Shown here: one piece after another, positions 46,250-48,435 of the stretch
How positions within the stretch are numbered: the first letter of the stretch is position 1
Layout: each line of letters opens with the position of its first letter
From: Myxococcota bacterium
GTDB lineage: Bacteria; Myxococcota_A; UBA9160; UBA4427
Length of the DNA stretch: 48,435 bases
Assembly: GCA_036336835.1 (NCBI GenBank)
Contig: JAYZFK010000049.1
Coordinates: forward strand, 1 to 48,435
Direction of reading: 5' to 3'
Position numbers and translations under genes: made by a program
The notes under the pieces: generated by a model
Databases searched by the model: none
What the model was told of the DNA's origin: nothing
What the model saw: only the letters and a program-made list of their open reading frames with translations

Positions 46250-48435
46250 ATGCCGGCAAAGGAACACAATAGAGTACGGACACTCGGCAGAGCGCGAAGC
46301 GCTCTGTTCGCCGTGCTGTTCCTCGCGCTTCTCGTTCTGCTTCCGTCGGCGAGCGCCGCCCAGGTGATCACGTTCAATTCCGCGACCGCCTCCTGGCGCG
46401 ACGCCCAGGACAACGTCCCCGGAAGTCAGCCGGGGGATCCCGTCATCACGAACGGAGTCCCGACGTCGAGCATCAGTTGGGGCGGAGCCACGCCACAGAG
46501 CGGGTACGACGCCACGATCACGATCCCGGACCCGACGCAGTTCCCGGTTGCGGACTTCACGCACCGGAACTTCACCGTCCCCGATCCCTCCTTGACCTCG
46601 GTGGTGCTCGATATCGTCATCGACTTCGACGTGGATGGCAGCCCGTTCGGTCCCTTGCCCTTCACCTTCACGTTCACCCACGAGGAAACCCCCAACAACC
46701 TGAATCCCTGTCCCTATCCGACACCGCCCGGAGAGGGATGCACCGACCGGGTGACCTTCCTCGATGCGCCCCTGCCCACCACCTTCACGATCGGGGGAAA
46801 GACCTACACGCTGGGGATGACCTTCCTCGACGAGAGCGGCAATCCCGTCGAGGAATTCATCACGAGCGAAGGAGGCGTGGCCAACACCGCGGAGCTCGAC
46901 GTCGAGTTCGCGCTGGTTCCGCCCGTGTTGGAGGTCACCAAGTCGGGCCCGGCGACGATGGCTCCGGGAGAGACCGGCGTCTTCACGATCGATGCCCTGA
47001 ACACGGGACCCAACGACGCCTGGAACACCACCCTCCGCGACCTGCTGCCGGACGGCGCGACGGGCGGTATGTGCGACGTCACGCCGCAGGTGCTGGGTGC
47101 GCAGGTCTTCGCGGCCGACGGTGTCACGCCGGTCCCCGGCAAGGGCCCGCTGCTGCAGGGAACGGACTTCACGCTCTCCTACGCCGCGGCCCCGATCTGC
47201 GGGCTCACACTCACGATGTTGTCGGCGGCGTCCGTCGTGAGCGAGAACGAACGCCTCATCATCATCTACCAGACGCAGCTCGACGGGAGCACTCAGGGCG
47301 GCGTGGCGCTCACGAACGTCGCCGGCGCGACCGAGTGGTTCGACGATGATGTCTCCAATCCCATCCGCGGGAGCTACGTGCAGGCCCTCAGCGACGGCAC
47401 CGTGGGTGTGGTCGATCACGAGGACGCCCACACCCTGACCACGGACCAGCTCGACTACCTCTTCGAGAAGACGGTCGTCGATCCGGTAAGCGGCGCGCTG
47501 CTGACGACCGCTGCGCCGGGCGACACGCTTCGCTACCGGCTCCGCCTCGAGAACCGCGCGGCCGCCCCGCTCGCGGGGCTCGGCTTCACCGACGAGATCG
47601 ACCGTCTCAACGGGTCGCCGCTGTTCGAGCCCGGCTCGCTCACGCTCGTCACGGTGCCCGCCGGGGCAGACACGAGCGGAACGGATCCGAACGGGGGTGC
47701 CGCGGGGACGGGTCTGGTCGACGTCCGCAACTTGTCGGTCGCGGCCGGCGAGAGCGTGCTCGTCGAGTTCGACGTCACCCTCGTCAACCCGATCGCGGAC
47801 GGGACCCCCATCACCGACCAGGCCGAACTGCTGATCGCCGACGCCCCCTTCGGCCTGAGCGACGATCCCGGCGTGAACGGAGCCGCCGATCCCTTCGTTT
47901 CCGACGACGAGGACCCGACGGTCGCGCTGGTCGGGTCGAACCAGGCCTTCCAGGTGGAGAAGGTCTCGGCCGACCTCGACGGCAATCCGGCGGAGCTGCT
48001 TGCCGGCGAGAGGCTCCGCTACACGATCACCGTCGTGAACGTGGGCAACATGGACGCCGTCGACGCGACCCTGCGCGACGCGATCCCGGTGGGCACGACC
48101 TACGTTCCGGACAGCACCACCCTGAACGGGGCACCCGTGGCCGACCCGGCTGCCGGACTCGCGCCCTTCGTCAACGGCATGTCGATCCAGGCGGCTGGAG
48201 CGGCGAGCCCGGGCTCGATGCCGGCAGATCCCTCGGCCGACGCGGCCAACGTGGCCACCCTGGTGTTCGAGGTCGTGGTCGATCCGGGCGTGGTGGACGG
48301 GACCATCATCTCGAACCAGGCCTTCGTCAGTGCCCTCGGCGGCGGCGTGGTGGATCAGCCGTCCGACGATCCGGACACCCCGATCCCCGACGACCCGACG
48401 CGCGACGTGGTCGGCAACGCGCCGCTGCTGTTCGC
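46250..48435 (+). CDS. Large secreted surface protein: THxN/choice-of-anchor-K-like N-domain plus DUF11/isopeptide-type repeats (partial, runs off window)
   Basis: Absent from the ORF track (no stop in window). Manual translation gives signal peptide ...LLPSASA-AQ, FTHRN, FTHEETPN, then repeats EVTKSGP..PGETGVFTI..NTG, FEKTV..PGDTLRYRL, VEKVS..AGERLRYTITVVNVG..LRDAIP. Confidence 0.88.
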   Translation, partial: MPAKEHNRVRTLGRARSALFAVLFLALLVLLPSASAAQVITFNSATASWRDAQDNVPGSQPGDPVITNGVPTSSISWGGATPQSGYDATITIPDPTQFPVADFTHRNFTVPDPSLTSVVLDIVIDFDVDGSPFGPLPFTFTFTHEETPNNLNPCPYPTPPGEGCTDRVTFLDAPLPTTFTIGGKTYTLGMTFLDESGNPVEEFITSEGGVANTAELDVEFALVPPVLEVTKSGPATMAPGETGVFTIDALNTGPNDAWNTTLRDLLPDGATGGMCDVTPQVLGAQVFAADGVTPVPGKGPLLQGTDFTLSYAAAPICGLTLTMLSAASVVSENERLIIIYQTQLDGSTQGGVALTNVAGATEWFDDDVSNPIRGSYVQALSDGTVGVVDHEDAHTLTTDQLDYLFEKTVVDPVSGALLTTAAPGDTLRYRLRLENRAAAPLAGLGFTDEIDRLNGSPLFEPGSLTLVTVPAGADTSGTDPNGGAAGTGLVDVRNLSVAAGESVLVEFDVTLVNPIADGTPITDQAELLIADAPFGLSDDPGVNGAADPFVSDDEDPTVALVGSNQAFQVEKVSADLDGNPAELLAGERLRYTITVVNVGNMDAVDATLRDAIPVGTTYVPDSTTLNGAPVADPAAGLAPFVNGMSIQAAGAASPGSMPADPSADAANVATLVFEVVVDPGVVDGTIISNQAFVSALGGGVVDQPSDDPDTPIPDDPTRDVVGNAPLLF

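Overview
High-GC bacterial DNA with no rRNA, tRNA, CRISPR array or mobile element visible. The gene content suggests a Myxococcota/deltaproteobacterium-like lineage, which is inference only. Positions 1-36 kb are a catabolic region: seven amidohydrolase_2 paralogs, two SDRs, an acyl-CoA ligase, a P450 (cut by the window edge), a Rieske oxygenase plus ferredoxin, a KstD-like flavoprotein, a Baeyer-Villiger monooxygenase, an HSL-type hydrolase, a PQQ dehydrogenase and MFS/RND transporters. It also holds two deletion-scar gene remnants (10865-11038, 12299-12544) and an unexplained structured non-coding element (about 15600-15810) that folds best on the minus strand. Positions 36.3-46 kb are a compact nine-gene operon: secreted protein, three TPR proteins, GltF-like small protein, MotA/TolQ/ExbB, two ExbD-like proteins (one with Asn in place of the proton-accepting Asp) and an AgmX/PglI-type TonB-like protein. 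This matches the Agl-Glt core, whose function outside myxobacterial gliding I know of no demonstration for. It is followed directly by a c-di-GMP-I riboswitch and a large secreted THxN + DUF11/isopeptide-repeat protein that runs off the window. That module is the best candidate for an undescribed system. All calls come from reading motifs by eye; no searches were run.
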